DNA of 64,000 nt from Gemmatimonadales bacterium (lineage in GTDB: Bacteria; Gemmatimonadota; Gemmatimonadetes; Gemmatimonadales; GWC2-71-9). The notes under the pieces were generated by a model that had not been told where the DNA came from, searched no databases, and saw only the letters and a list, made by a program, of their open reading frames with translations. Positions 9,087 to 17,075 of this stretch are shown here, one piece after another (position 1 is the stretch's first letter; each line of letters begins with the position of its first letter). The position numbers and the translations under genes are program-made. The stretch is from NCBI GenBank assembly GCA_035637355.1, contig DASPXJ010000091.1, positions 161 through 64,160 on the forward strand. The letters run 5' to 3'.

Positions 9087-9464
9087 CTACAACTGGTGAG
9101 CCACGGTCAGCGTGAACTTCCCCGCTCCCGTGCTGGTGCCGAAGCTGCTGTCGCTCGCCGTGCTGACGCCGGAAATGGTCCACGTCACCTTCAGGTTCGC
9201 CGCCTGTGCACTGCCGGTCGCGACCATCCACGCCGAGCCCGCCACGAAGGTGCCGGCGGGTGCGACATAGGCAACCGACCACGGCAGGGGGGGACTGGTG
9301 ACCTTGATGACGGTGCCTGCCGCGTCCTTGTACTTCACGGAATCACAGCTGATCTGCGGTGCTCCTGTCAGGTGGTAGGACACGACGTAATCGGGCGGCG
9401 TGGGCGGTGTGACCTTGCACGCGCTCGCGAGCAACACGGTGGCAAACGTCAGATGGCGAATCAT
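9087..9464 (-). CDS. Hypothetical lipoprotein
   Basis: Internal ATG 9464 of ORF 9087..9683 gives MIRHLTFATVLLASAC (lipobox LASAC). ATGA-type overlap with the upstream GNAT gene stop (9461). Confidence 0.55.
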   Translation of the reverse strand: MIRHLTFATVLLASACKVTPPTPPDYVVSYHLTGAPQISCDSVKYKDAAGTVIKVTSPPLPWSVAYVAPAGTFVAGSAWMVATGSAQAANLKVTWTISGVSTASDSSFGTSTGAGKFTLTVAHQL

Positions 9465-10066
9465 TGACCCTCTGATTGGTGCCGGTGCAGCCGCAGCTCG
9501 AGATAGCGTTTCACATCCGGCCATTCCGTCGCCAGAATGCTGTACATCACGACGTCGCGCACGCTGCCGTCGCGCCTGGTGCCGAAGTGGCGAATCACGC
9601 CGTCCTTCTTGGCGCCCAGCGCTTCGATCGCCCGCTGCGACCGAAAGTTGAAGTTGTCCGTCCTGAGCCCCACGACCTTGCATCCGAGTTTCTCAAACGC
9701 GTGAGTCAAGAGCAGCAGCTTGCATGTCGTGTTGACGTGAGTGCGCTGGCGGCTTTGCCCGTACCACGTATGCCCGATTTCGACGCGCTCGATCGCCGGC
9801 TCGATATCGTGGTAGCGCGTCGATCCCATGATCGCACCGCTCGCCACGTCGCGCACGACCCAGGGAAGCATGTGGCCGTCGCGCTGGCCTGTCAGCGCGA
9901 CGGCGACGTACGTCCGCATGCCGTCGGGCGGCGGCACCGCGACGAACCACAGCTCCCACAGCCGGCCGTCGCCCGCCGCCGCCGCGAGCGCGTCGCTGTG
10001 CTCCTCGGCCAGTGGCTCGAGTCGAATGCCGTGTCCCTCGAGGACCACGGGGCGCGGTGCGATCAT
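9461..10066 (-). CDS. GNAT-family N-acetyltransferase (RimJ/RimL-like)
   Basis: ORF 9461..10066. IRLEPLAEEHSDAL... and the acetyl-CoA-binding-type segment NFRSQRAIEALGAKKDGVIR. Confidence 0.85.
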   Translation of the reverse strand: MIAPRPVVLEGHGIRLEPLAEEHSDALAAAAGDGRLWELWFVAVPPPDGMRTYVAVALTGQRDGHMLPWVVRDVASGAIMGSTRYHDIEPAIERVEIGHTWYGQSRQRTHVNTTCKLLLLTHAFEKLGCKVVGLRTDNFNFRSQRAIEALGAKKDGVIRHFGTRRDGSVRDVVMYSILATEWPDVKRYLELRLHRHQSEGQ

Positions 10067-10079
10067 GCGGGAAGACCTC

Positions 10080-10499
10080 CTAATCGCCTAGTACCTTAAT
10101 GATCACGCGCTTCTTGCGCTGCCCGTCCCACTCGCCATAAAACACGCGCTGCCACGGCCCGAAATCCAGCTTGCCGGCAGTAATCGGCACGATGACCTCA
10201 TGGCCGATCGTGAGGCTGCGCAGGTGCGCCGCCGCATTGTCCTCGCCCGTCTCGTTGTGCCGATACCGCTGGGGATCCCATGGCGCGATCGTCCCTTCCA
10301 GCCACTTCAGAATGTCCTCCCACAGTCCCGACTCGTGGTCGTTCACGAACACGGATGCGGAGATGTGCATGGCGCTAACCAGGACCAGGCCTTCCCGCAC
10401 CTCGCTCACCTGCACCTCCTTCACCACTTCCTCCGTAATGTCGATGATCTCCTGACGCCGCTTCGTGTTGAACCAGAGATAGTGGGTGTGCGCCTTCAT
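10080..10499 (-). CDS. YjbQ/UPF0047-family protein (secondary thiamine-phosphate synthase type)
   Basis: ORF 10080..10523, using ATG 10499 ([10 protein letters not shown]). Contains ITEEV...[23 protein letters not shown]...NAAAHLRSL...[13 protein letters not shown]. Confidence 0.85.
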   Translation of the reverse strand: MKAHTHYLWFNTKRRQEIIDITEEVVKEVQVSEVREGLVLVSAMHISASVFVNDHESGLWEDILKWLEGTIAPWDPQRYRHNETGEDNAAAHLRSLTIGHEVIVPITAGKLDFGPWQRVFYGEWDGQRKKRVIIKVLGD

Positions 10500-10555
10500 G
10501 AACCCCCCGTGTCGAATTGTCACACGCCCGCCGAATCCCTAAATTGGCCGCAAAT

Positions 10556-11782
10556 ATGGCGCTTCCCTTCCGGCGGCGAATCTTCGTCATCCTCGTCGTC
10601 ATGACCGCGGTCCCGACGGTGCTCGCCGTCGCCGGTTGGGTCCTGTCGGTACGCCGCCTGCTGCCCGCCGCCGGGGCCCGCGCCGCGACGGAGCGCGTCG
10701 CCATCACCGCCCGCACCCTGCTCGAGGGCGTGGACACGCTGCACCTCACCGTTCGCGAGCGCGCGTTGCTGCGCCACCACCTCGACGAAGTCTCGGCATC
10801 CGTCAGCTTCGCGCGCCGGGCCGAAACGTTCCTGCGCTACTACACGGCCGGCTTCGCGCTGGTCATCGTGCTGCTCGGCGCCGCCGTCCTCTACGCGGCG
10901 GTGAATCTCGCCGGCCACTTGTCGCGGCAGCTTTCGCGTCCGATCGACGAGCTGGTCGGGTGGACGCAGCTGATCCGGCGCCACGAGCCGCTCCCTCCCC
11001 TGGGGGGGCCGACGAGCCGCGGTGCCCCCGAATTCGAGGCGCTGCGCCAGGCATTGCGCGAGCTGGCCGCGGCGCTCGCCGCCGCGCGCGAGCGCGAGCT
11101 GGAAGCCGAGCGGCTGCGCGCGTTCCGCGAGGTCGCCCGACGCGTGGCGCACGAAATCAAGAATCCATTGACATCGATGCGGATCGCGGTTGACCAACTG
11201 CGACGGAACGATGGAATGACGGAAGGACGGAAGGACATTGCGCTTCAAGTGATGGCGGCGGAAACCGACCGCCTGGAGCGCCTCGCCAAGGAATTCTCGG
11301 AGTTTGGTCGCTTGCCCGAGGGGCCGCAGAGTGAGGTCGATCTCGTCGAGCTGCTCGCCGAGTTGGGACGCACCGGAGTCCCGGAGGGCGTGCGGGTCAA
11401 CGTCGATGCGAACGGCGGACCGCAGGGGCTCCTTGGCCACTACGAGCCGCTGCGCCGCGCGTTCGCGAATCTCTATCGCAACGCCGCCGAGGCGATGAAC
11501 GGCCGCGGCGCGATCGACGTGACGGTCACCGGCGACGGCGCCGGGCTGGCGGTGACGATCGCCGACCACGGCCCCGGCATCCCCGCCGATCTGCGCCAGC
11601 GCATCTTCGAGCCGTACTTCACGACGAAGGACGACGGCACCGGCCTCGGCCTCGCGCTGGTGCGCGTCACGCTCGAAGCCCATCGGGGCACCATATCCGT
11701 GAGCGAGACGCCCGGTGGCGGAGCGACGTTTGCGATCGTCTTCCCCCCTTCCCCCGTCCCCCTTCCCCCGTCCCCCCAATGA
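10556..11782 (+). CDS. Sensor histidine kinase (NtrB/NtrY-like partner of a sigma54 activator)
   Basis: ORF 10517..11782 (TTG); ATG 10556 preferred. Two TM segments and a HAMP-like linker, H-box HEIKNPLTSM, N-box NLYRNAAEAM and G-boxes DHGPGIP / GTGLGLA. Confidence 0.85.
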   Translation: MALPFRRRIFVILVVMTAVPTVLAVAGWVLSVRRLLPAAGARAATERVAITARTLLEGVDTLHLTVRERALLRHHLDEVSASVSFARRAETFLRYYTAGFALVIVLLGAAVLYAAVNLAGHLSRQLSRPIDELVGWTQLIRRHEPLPPLGGPTSRGAPEFEALRQALRELAAALAAARERELEAERLRAFREVARRVAHEIKNPLTSMRIAVDQLRRNDGMTEGRKDIALQVMAAETDRLERLAKEFSEFGRLPEGPQSEVDLVELLAELGRTGVPEGVRVNVDANGGPQGLLGHYEPLRRAFANLYRNAAEAMNGRGAIDVTVTGDGAGLAVTIADHGPGIPADLRQRIFEPYFTTKDDGTGLGLALVRVTLEAHRGTISVSETPGGGATFAIVFPPSPVPLPPSPQ

Positions 11783-13173
11783 GCCCTCGCGTCCTCCTCG
11801 TCGACGACGAGTCGAACATCCGCCGCATGGTCGGGGCGCTGCTGCAATCGGATGGCTTCGAAACCGTCGAGGCGCCTGACGGCAACGCGGCGCTGGTGCG
11901 GCTCGTCGATGACGCGCCCGACGTCGTGCTGCTCGATCTGATGATGCCACCCGGACCCGACGGCCTCGCGACGCTGGAGCAGATCCGCAAACGAGCGCCG
12001 CACATCCCCGTCGTGATGATGAGCGGCAAGGCCACCCTCGCCGATGCCGTGCGCGCGACGAAGCTCGGCGCCTTCCAGTTCCTCGAGAAGCCGCTCACCC
12101 CCGAAGGGGTGCTGGTGGCGCTGCGCAGCGCGCTGGAATTGGGACGCACCCTCGCCGAGAACAAGCGGCTGCACGAGCAGCTGGGACACGCCGATCCGCT
12201 GGTCGGATCGAGCACCGCGATGGAAGCGCTGCGCGCGCTGATCGCGCGGGTCGCACCCACGGAGTCGCGCGTGTTGATCACGGGCGAATCGGGCACGGGC
12301 AAAGAGCTCGTCGCCTCGGCGATCCACCGGCTCAGCGCGCGCGGCAACAAGCCGTTCGTCACCGTGAACAGCGCCGCACTGCCGCGCGATCTCGTGGAGT
12401 CGGAAATGTTCGGGCACGAGCGCGGCGCCTTCACCGGCGCGACGGAGCGGCGCCAGGGCCGCTTCGAGCTGGCGGACGGCGGCACCCTGTTTCTCGACGA
12501 AGTCGGGGACCTGGGCGCGGAGGCGCAGGCGAAGCTGCTGCGCGTGCTGGAGAGCGGCGTGGTCGAGCGCGTCGGTGGCGAGCGTCCGTTCGACGTCAAC
12601 GTGCGCGTCATCGCCGCGACGAACAAGGACCTGCAACAGGCGGTGCGGCAGGGGCAGTTTCGCGAAGACCTGTGGTTTCGGCTGAACGTGCTGCCGATCC
12701 ACATTGCGCCGCTGCGCGAGCGGCCGGAAGACGTGGCGCCGCTGGTTCGCCATTTCGCCGAGCGCTCCGCGGCGCGGCTCGGCCGGCCGGTGAAGTTCGA
12801 CGCCGGCGCGGTGCCGCTGCTCGCCGCCTACACCTGGCCCGGCAACGTGCGCGAGCTCGCCAACATCATTGAACGGATGGCGATCCTGGCGACGTCGGAA
12901 CTCTTGACTGCGGCAGATGTCGCCCGCGTGCTGCCACAGGATGGCCTGCGGCCCCCCCCGGCTGCCGTCACCGCCGCCGACGGCGAGCCGTGGCGCGACA
13001 TCGCGCTCAGCGAGACGCTCGACCAGTATGAGCGCGAGCTGATCGCCAAAGCGCTGTCCGCATCGCGCGGCAACGTCGCCGAAGCCGCGCGCCGGCTGCA
13101 GACCGACCGGGCCAATTTGTACCGCCGCATGCGCCGTCTCGGTATCGAGCCTCCACTGAAAGCCGACCTATGA
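11779..13173 (+). CDS. Sigma54-dependent Fis-family response regulator (NtrC-like)
   Basis: ORF 11779..13173. REC domain (VLLVDDE...DLMMP), AAA+ Walker A GESGTGKE, sigma54-contact GAFTGA, C-terminal Fis-type HTH (RGNVAEAARRLQTDRANLYRRM). ATGA overlap with the kinase gene. Confidence 0.9.
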   Translation: MSPRVLLVDDESNIRRMVGALLQSDGFETVEAPDGNAALVRLVDDAPDVVLLDLMMPPGPDGLATLEQIRKRAPHIPVVMMSGKATLADAVRATKLGAFQFLEKPLTPEGVLVALRSALELGRTLAENKRLHEQLGHADPLVGSSTAMEALRALIARVAPTESRVLITGESGTGKELVASAIHRLSARGNKPFVTVNSAALPRDLVESEMFGHERGAFTGATERRQGRFELADGGTLFLDEVGDLGAEAQAKLLRVLESGVVERVGGERPFDVNVRVIAATNKDLQQAVRQGQFREDLWFRLNVLPIHIAPLRERPEDVAPLVRHFAERSAARLGRPVKFDAGAVPLLAAYTWPGNVRELANIIERMAILATSELLTAADVARVLPQDGLRPPPAAVTAADGEPWRDIALSETLDQYERELIAKALSASRGNVAEAARRLQTDRANLYRRMRRLGIEPPLKADL

Positions 13174-14912
13174 TCACACTACTGTTAGCGCTGGCCACTC
13201 TGCAGGACACCACGATCGTCATCCATCCCGACAGCTCGAGCGCCACGCTCGAGGCGCGGGCGCTGCCGCGCGTCGTGTCCGAAGAAGTCATCCGGTTCTA
13301 CAACGCCGCCGGGACGACCCGCCTGGTCGGCCGGACCCGGCTGCCGCGCGGCAACGAGTGGCGCGGCAACGTGGCGGTCCGCAACGGGCCGGTGCTCGTC
13401 GCGGGCCGGGTCCAGGGCACGCTCGTCGTGATCAACGGCGATCTGCTGTTCGATCAGGGGGGTGGGGCCGAAGTGACCGGCGACGTCATCGTCGTCGGCG
13501 GCACGGTCAATGACACGGCCAAGGCGCGGATCGGCGGGGAGGTGCGGCAGTACCGCGAGCCGCTGCTCTACCGCCTTCATAAGGAAGGGGACGAGATCGT
13601 CTACGCCCCCAACCTCCGGCGCCGGCTATGGAATCCGGGCGCGCACGTCTCCTGGGGTACGGCCGACTCGCGCTCGTCCCTCACGATCGCGACGGGCGGA
13701 ACATTCAATCGTGTCGAAGGGCTGCCGGTCGTCTTCGGACCGCTGGTCGACTGGAAGCTCGAGCAGAACTTCCGGCTGCGCGTCGATGCGCTCGGCGTAT
13801 TCCGGTCGGCCGGCGATCTCTCCGACAAGCGCAGCGACCTCGGCTACATGTTCCGCAGCGAGCTGCGCGCCGGCGACGTGCGCCCGGTGGGGCTCGGCCT
13901 GCGCGCGTTCGACGTCGTCTCGCCCGTCGAAGACTTGGGACTCCATAATGCGGAGATCGGGTGGAGCGCGTTTGTCTTCGGCCGCGATTACCGCGACTAC
14001 TACCTGAACAAGGGATGGGCGGCCCGCGTGTTCGCGCAACCGGAACGCCAAGTGTCGCTGTCGCTCGAGCTGCGGCGCGAGTGGCAGACGGGCGTCGGCA
14101 CGCAGGATCCCTGGACGGTGTTTCGCAATTCCGAGCCGTGGCGCCCCAACCCGCCGATCGACGAAGGGCACTTCACGACGCTCGCGCTGGGTGCCGCGCT
14201 CGACACGCGCAACGATCCCGACGAGCCCTCCTCCGGGTGGCTGGTGCGCACGACGCTCGAGCATTCGGGGAGCAAAGACGTCGTCCCCCACACCGGCGTG
14301 CCGGCGAGCGTCCGCGATTCGATTCCGACCGATGGGTCGTACGGCTTCGGCCGGATGTTCTTCGACCTCCGGCACTACGCCCGCATCAGCCCGTCGGGAC
14401 GCGTGAACGTGCGGTTGATCGCCGGCGGCTGGGCCGGCGGCGATCCGCTGCCGCTGCAGCGACGCCTGTCGCTCGGCGGTCCCGATCCGATGCCCGGCCA
14501 TCCGTTCCGCGCCAGCTCGTGCAACACCGCCTTCACCGACCCCGCGTTCGCCGGCACACTGGTCGCGGCGTGCGACCGCGTCATCGCGTTCCAGACGGAG
14601 TATCGCGGCCACGTGAAGCTCAACTGGAGCTACAACCCGTGGAAGGACGACAAACCGGAGCGCGACGAGGGCCGCGGATCGTTCTTCTGGCTGGAAGGGC
14701 TCGACGTCGTGGTATTCGCGGACGCGGGCCAGGGCTGGCTCGTGGGCAATGCGCCGGGCCACGTACCGTCCGGCAGAATTCCCGGCTTCTCGAGCTGGCT
14801 CGTGGATGCGGGACTGGGCGTCGATTGGGGAGGATTCGGAGTCTACATCGCCAAGGCGGTCACAACCGGCGAACGGCTGCGCTTCACGGTCCGGCTCGAT
14901 CACCGGTTCTAG
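13170..14912 (+). CDS. Outer-membrane Omp85/surface-antigen(D15)-like beta-barrel with an N-terminal bactofilin-like beta-helix segment; no recognisable POTRA
   Basis: ORF 13170..14912 with signal MITLLLALATLQ. Residues 70-130, GNVAVRNGPVLVAGRVQGTLVVINGDLLFDQGGGAEVTGDVIVVGGTVND, form a G/V-periodic beta-helix pattern. The C-terminus LSLGGPDPMPGHPF...VVFADAGQGW...DAGLGVDWGGFGVYIAKAV...FTVRLDHRF ends in an aromatic residue like Omp85 barrels. ATGA overlap with the regulator gene. Confidence 0.55.
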   Translation: MITLLLALATLQDTTIVIHPDSSSATLEARALPRVVSEEVIRFYNAAGTTRLVGRTRLPRGNEWRGNVAVRNGPVLVAGRVQGTLVVINGDLLFDQGGGAEVTGDVIVVGGTVNDTAKARIGGEVRQYREPLLYRLHKEGDEIVYAPNLRRRLWNPGAHVSWGTADSRSSLTIATGGTFNRVEGLPVVFGPLVDWKLEQNFRLRVDALGVFRSAGDLSDKRSDLGYMFRSELRAGDVRPVGLGLRAFDVVSPVEDLGLHNAEIGWSAFVFGRDYRDYYLNKGWAARVFAQPERQVSLSLELRREWQTGVGTQDPWTVFRNSEPWRPNPPIDEGHFTTLALGAALDTRNDPDEPSSGWLVRTTLEHSGSKDVVPHTGVPASVRDSIPTDGSYGFGRMFFDLRHYARISPSGRVNVRLIAGGWAGGDPLPLQRRLSLGGPDPMPGHPFRASSCNTAFTDPAFAGTLVAACDRVIAFQTEYRGHVKLNWSYNPWKDDKPERDEGRGSFFWLEGLDVVVFADAGQGWLVGNAPGHVPSGRIPGFSSWLVDAGLGVDWGGFGVYIAKAVTTGERLRFTVRLDHRF

Positions 14913-14913
14913 A

Positions 14914-15531
14914 GTGCGCCTTCGTTGGTGGGTGGGGGGGGCCATCGCTCTGGCCCTCACGCCACAGGTGGGCGTCGCGCAGTCTCCTACGCTGACGGTC
15001 ACGCTGCAAAACGACGTCCCGCGCGTGCGCAGCACGGGGCTCCTGGCCGACGGCAAATTCGTGGGACTGATGCGCTCGGGCTTTCCGCTGCGGCTGCACT
15101 ACCGGCTCGAGCTGTGGAAGGTGCGCACCTCCTGGTTCGATCAGTTCATCCGCGAGGTCTCGTGGGACGGCGTCGCGCGCAACGATCCGCTGGCCGACGA
15201 CTTCGTGCTGATCCGGCAGGGAGGGAACGTGAGCCGCTATGCGACGCCCGATGACCTGGCGGCGGCGTTGGACATTCCCTACACCGTCACGTTGGGGCCG
15301 AGCGGCGGGTCGGGACGCTATTACTTCGTCGCGCGGCTCGAGGTCACGACGCTCAACGACACGGATCTACAAGAATTGTCCCGGTGGCTCTCGGGACAAG
15401 TGGGACCCGCCGTGTCAGGTGAGGGAAATTTCGGCGAAGCGTTGGCGCGGGGAGCGCAGCGGGTGCTGGTCCGGCTCGCGGGGCTGCCGCGTCAGCGGCT
15501 CGAGGCGCGGAGTCCTACGTTCCGGCCGTAG
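14914..15531 (+). CDS. DUF4390-like periplasmic protein
   Basis: GTG 14914, 2 nt after the upstream stop, within ORF 14749..15531. Signal VRLRWWVGGAIALALTPQVGVAQ; body LRLHYRLELWKVRTSWFDQFIREVSW...YYFVARLEVTTLN. The family is recalled (from memory) to sit next to sigma54 two-component pairs. Confidence 0.5.
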   Translation: MRLRWWVGGAIALALTPQVGVAQSPTLTVTLQNDVPRVRSTGLLADGKFVGLMRSGFPLRLHYRLELWKVRTSWFDQFIREVSWDGVARNDPLADDFVLIRQGGNVSRYATPDDLAAALDIPYTVTLGPSGGSGRYYFVARLEVTTLNDTDLQELSRWLSGQVGPAVSGEGNFGEALARGAQRVLVRLAGLPRQRLEARSPTFRP

Positions 15532-15631
15532 GACGACGTCGAACGACGACGTCAAACAACGGCGTCAAACAGAGACGTCGAAGAACGGCGTCGGCGGAAA
15601 GACGATCACGGACCGCGTAGGAATGATGACG
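15526..15631 (+). repeat. Array of ~8 degenerate 13-bp tandem units (left end of islet)
   Basis: ccgtaggacgacg / tcgaacgacgacg / tcaaacaacggcg / tcaaacagagacg / tcgaagaacggcg / tcggcggaaagacg / atcacggaccgcg / taggaatgatgacg. It starts on the DUF4390 stop codon. Confidence 0.75.
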
Positions 15632-15663
15632 CCCCGCCGCACTTCGAACGCTATCGTGGGCGC

Positions 15664-16032
15664 ATGGTTCTCCGCGCCGATCCCAGCCGACTGCTCGTCT
15701 CCCATGTTGCTGCAGCTGTGGCCAAGGAGTGCGCCGAGCTGGCCAAGACGTTCCGCGGCCCTGGCGCATTCGCCAGAGCCGATCAGTTGGTTCGAGCGTC
15801 CGTGTCTGTGGTCTCGAATATCGCCGAGGGCTGTGGGCGCGGCACCGTCCCGGACTTCCGGCGCTTCTTGCTGCATGCGCGTGGGTCAGCGCAGGAGACC
15901 CTCACCCAGCTCCGCCTCATCAACCCAACAAGCCCGGCCCAGAGCAGCCAACTACGCTCCCTTCAGAGCCGGACGGTGTTGGTCTTGAAGCTGATCAATC
16001 GTTTGTATTCGCACCCCCCGCCAGACAAATAG
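15664..16032 (+). CDS. Four-helix-bundle protein (23S rRNA intervening-sequence protein / Avd-like family)
   Basis: ORF 15664..16032. The motif ADQLVRASVSVVSNIAEGCGRGTVPDFRRFLLHARGSAQETLTQL matches the family core xQLxRAxxSIxxNIAEGxGRxxxxEFxxFLxxAxGSxxE. A stem-loop caaccgc-N7-gcggttg at 16037-16057 follows the stop. Confidence 0.75.
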   Translation: MVLRADPSRLLVSHVAAAVAKECAELAKTFRGPGAFARADQLVRASVSVVSNIAEGCGRGTVPDFRRFLLHARGSAQETLTQLRLINPTSPAQSSQLRSLQSRTVLVLKLINRLYSHPPPDK

Positions 16033-16143
16033 GTATCAACCGCCGCGAGTGCGGTTGCCAGACAGGAGTTGTTCCGGCAGCGGTTGGAAACGGCCCGCGC
16101 CGATGTATCTTTCGCGCAGTGCAGAGAGAGGGAGCAAGGAACC

Positions 16144-16443
16144 ATGCCCGCCGTCGATCTGGATCTCGCGAACTTCGCGTCGGAGTGGCACGCTCAGACA
16201 CTAAAAGGCCACCTGCAGGCCTACGTTAGGCGAGAGGGGTCGGACGGGTCCCTTGCTCGAGTCGTGAAGACCACAGCGACCTACCTACGGAAGGGCCTTG
16301 TCTCTCACGGCACGCTCCGCTGTCTTGTTGCCGAAGTCGAGACAGAGAGTGTGGACGATTTCCGAAGCTGGCGAGATTACCAGCAACGGAGGGATCGGTT
16401 TTGCAGCATGATGACAGGCCTGTCTGATCTCCTCAAGCAGTAA
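16144..16443 (+). CDS. Hypothetical protein (99 aa), orphan
   Basis: Internal ATG 16144 of ORF 16069..16443, preceded by gagggagcaaggaacc (SD-like). Lower GC than the flanks. No motif recognised. Confidence 0.4.
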   Translation: MPAVDLDLANFASEWHAQTLKGHLQAYVRREGSDGSLARVVKTTATYLRKGLVSHGTLRCLVAEVETESVDDFRSWRDYQQRRDRFCSMMTGLSDLLKQ

Positions 16444-16465
16444 CGTAGTCCGCTTCAAGCGCTTC

Positions 16466-16945
16466 TTACGGCGAGCGCCCACCGCGTGGCCAGACGCACC
16501 GGCCTATGGCCTTGAACTTCGCGATTGGAAGCTGATGCCGCTGGTTTCGCGACTTGGAGCCCGGCGCCAGCAGCGCGGCGCGGACCGCGGCCCGCTCGGC
16601 GCGGTAGATGGCAGTAGCGTTGAACTCTGAGTCCAGGAGGACAAGAAGAACCGCGTCCCATGGCTTGGACAAATCGATGGCTCCCATTCGGGCGCCTGGG
16701 TTAACTTTGCCCGGGAAGCATCTGCCCTTGATCTGAAGCTGTTCTCTCCGACCGTTGCGTACTTTCCCTTCCGCATCGTATCCAGGCTGGCGCACGGCGA
16801 CCGGCCGCAGGCGCAGGAGCCTGATAGCCTCATATTCGGCCACCTCACCCGTAACGCCGAGCGGTCGCCCAGTGAGATGGTAGTATTGCTTCGCCAAGCG
16901 CTTGGCGTTGGCGAGCAGCCGGATCAGGCTCTTCGAGTTCGGCAT
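16466..16945 (-). CDS. Small PD-(D/E)xK-like (restriction-endonuclease-fold) protein, hypothetical
   Basis: ORF 16466..16945. GVTGEVAEYEAIRLL...GYDAEG...EQLQIKGR gives an E...D...(E/Q)xK spacing typical of the fold. Convergent with ORF 16144-16443. Confidence 0.45.
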   Translation of the reverse strand: MPNSKSLIRLLANAKRLAKQYYHLTGRPLGVTGEVAEYEAIRLLRLRPVAVRQPGYDAEGKVRNGRREQLQIKGRCFPGKVNPGARMGAIDLSKPWDAVLLVLLDSEFNATAIYRAERAAVRAALLAPGSKSRNQRHQLPIAKFKAIGRCVWPRGGRSP

Positions 16946-16947
16946 GG

Positions 16948-17069
16948 TCTTCGTTGTGGAAGGAGCGGTCGAAGAAGGGCGTAAGGAGGGGCGTTCGTCG
17001 GAGCGTAGTCGTTCGACGTCTTTGTTTTACGGCTTTGTTCTACGGTTTTTGTTCGACGACTTTCTTCTA
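16948..17069 (-). repeat. Array of degenerate 13-bp tandem units (right end of islet), same family as 15526-15631, inverted
   Basis: Minus strand from 17069: tagaagaaagtcg / tcgaacaaaaaccg / tagaacaaagccg / taaaacaaagacg / tcgaacgactacg, then decaying CG-phased units down to the ATG at 16945. Plus-oriented units at 16962-17010 make the region an imperfect palindrome. Confidence 0.7.
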
Positions 17070-17075
17070 CGGTGT

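Noticed and set aside
15526-15631. Tandem 13-bp arrays considered as a CRISPR array.
   Set aside because: The units are contiguous with no spacers, are only 13 bp long and are degenerate. No cas genes are in the window.
15664-16032. Four-helix-bundle gene considered as the Avd component of a diversity-generating retroelement.
   Set aside because: There is no reverse transcriptase ORF and no template/variable repeat pair anywhere nearby. The islet holds only three small ORFs.
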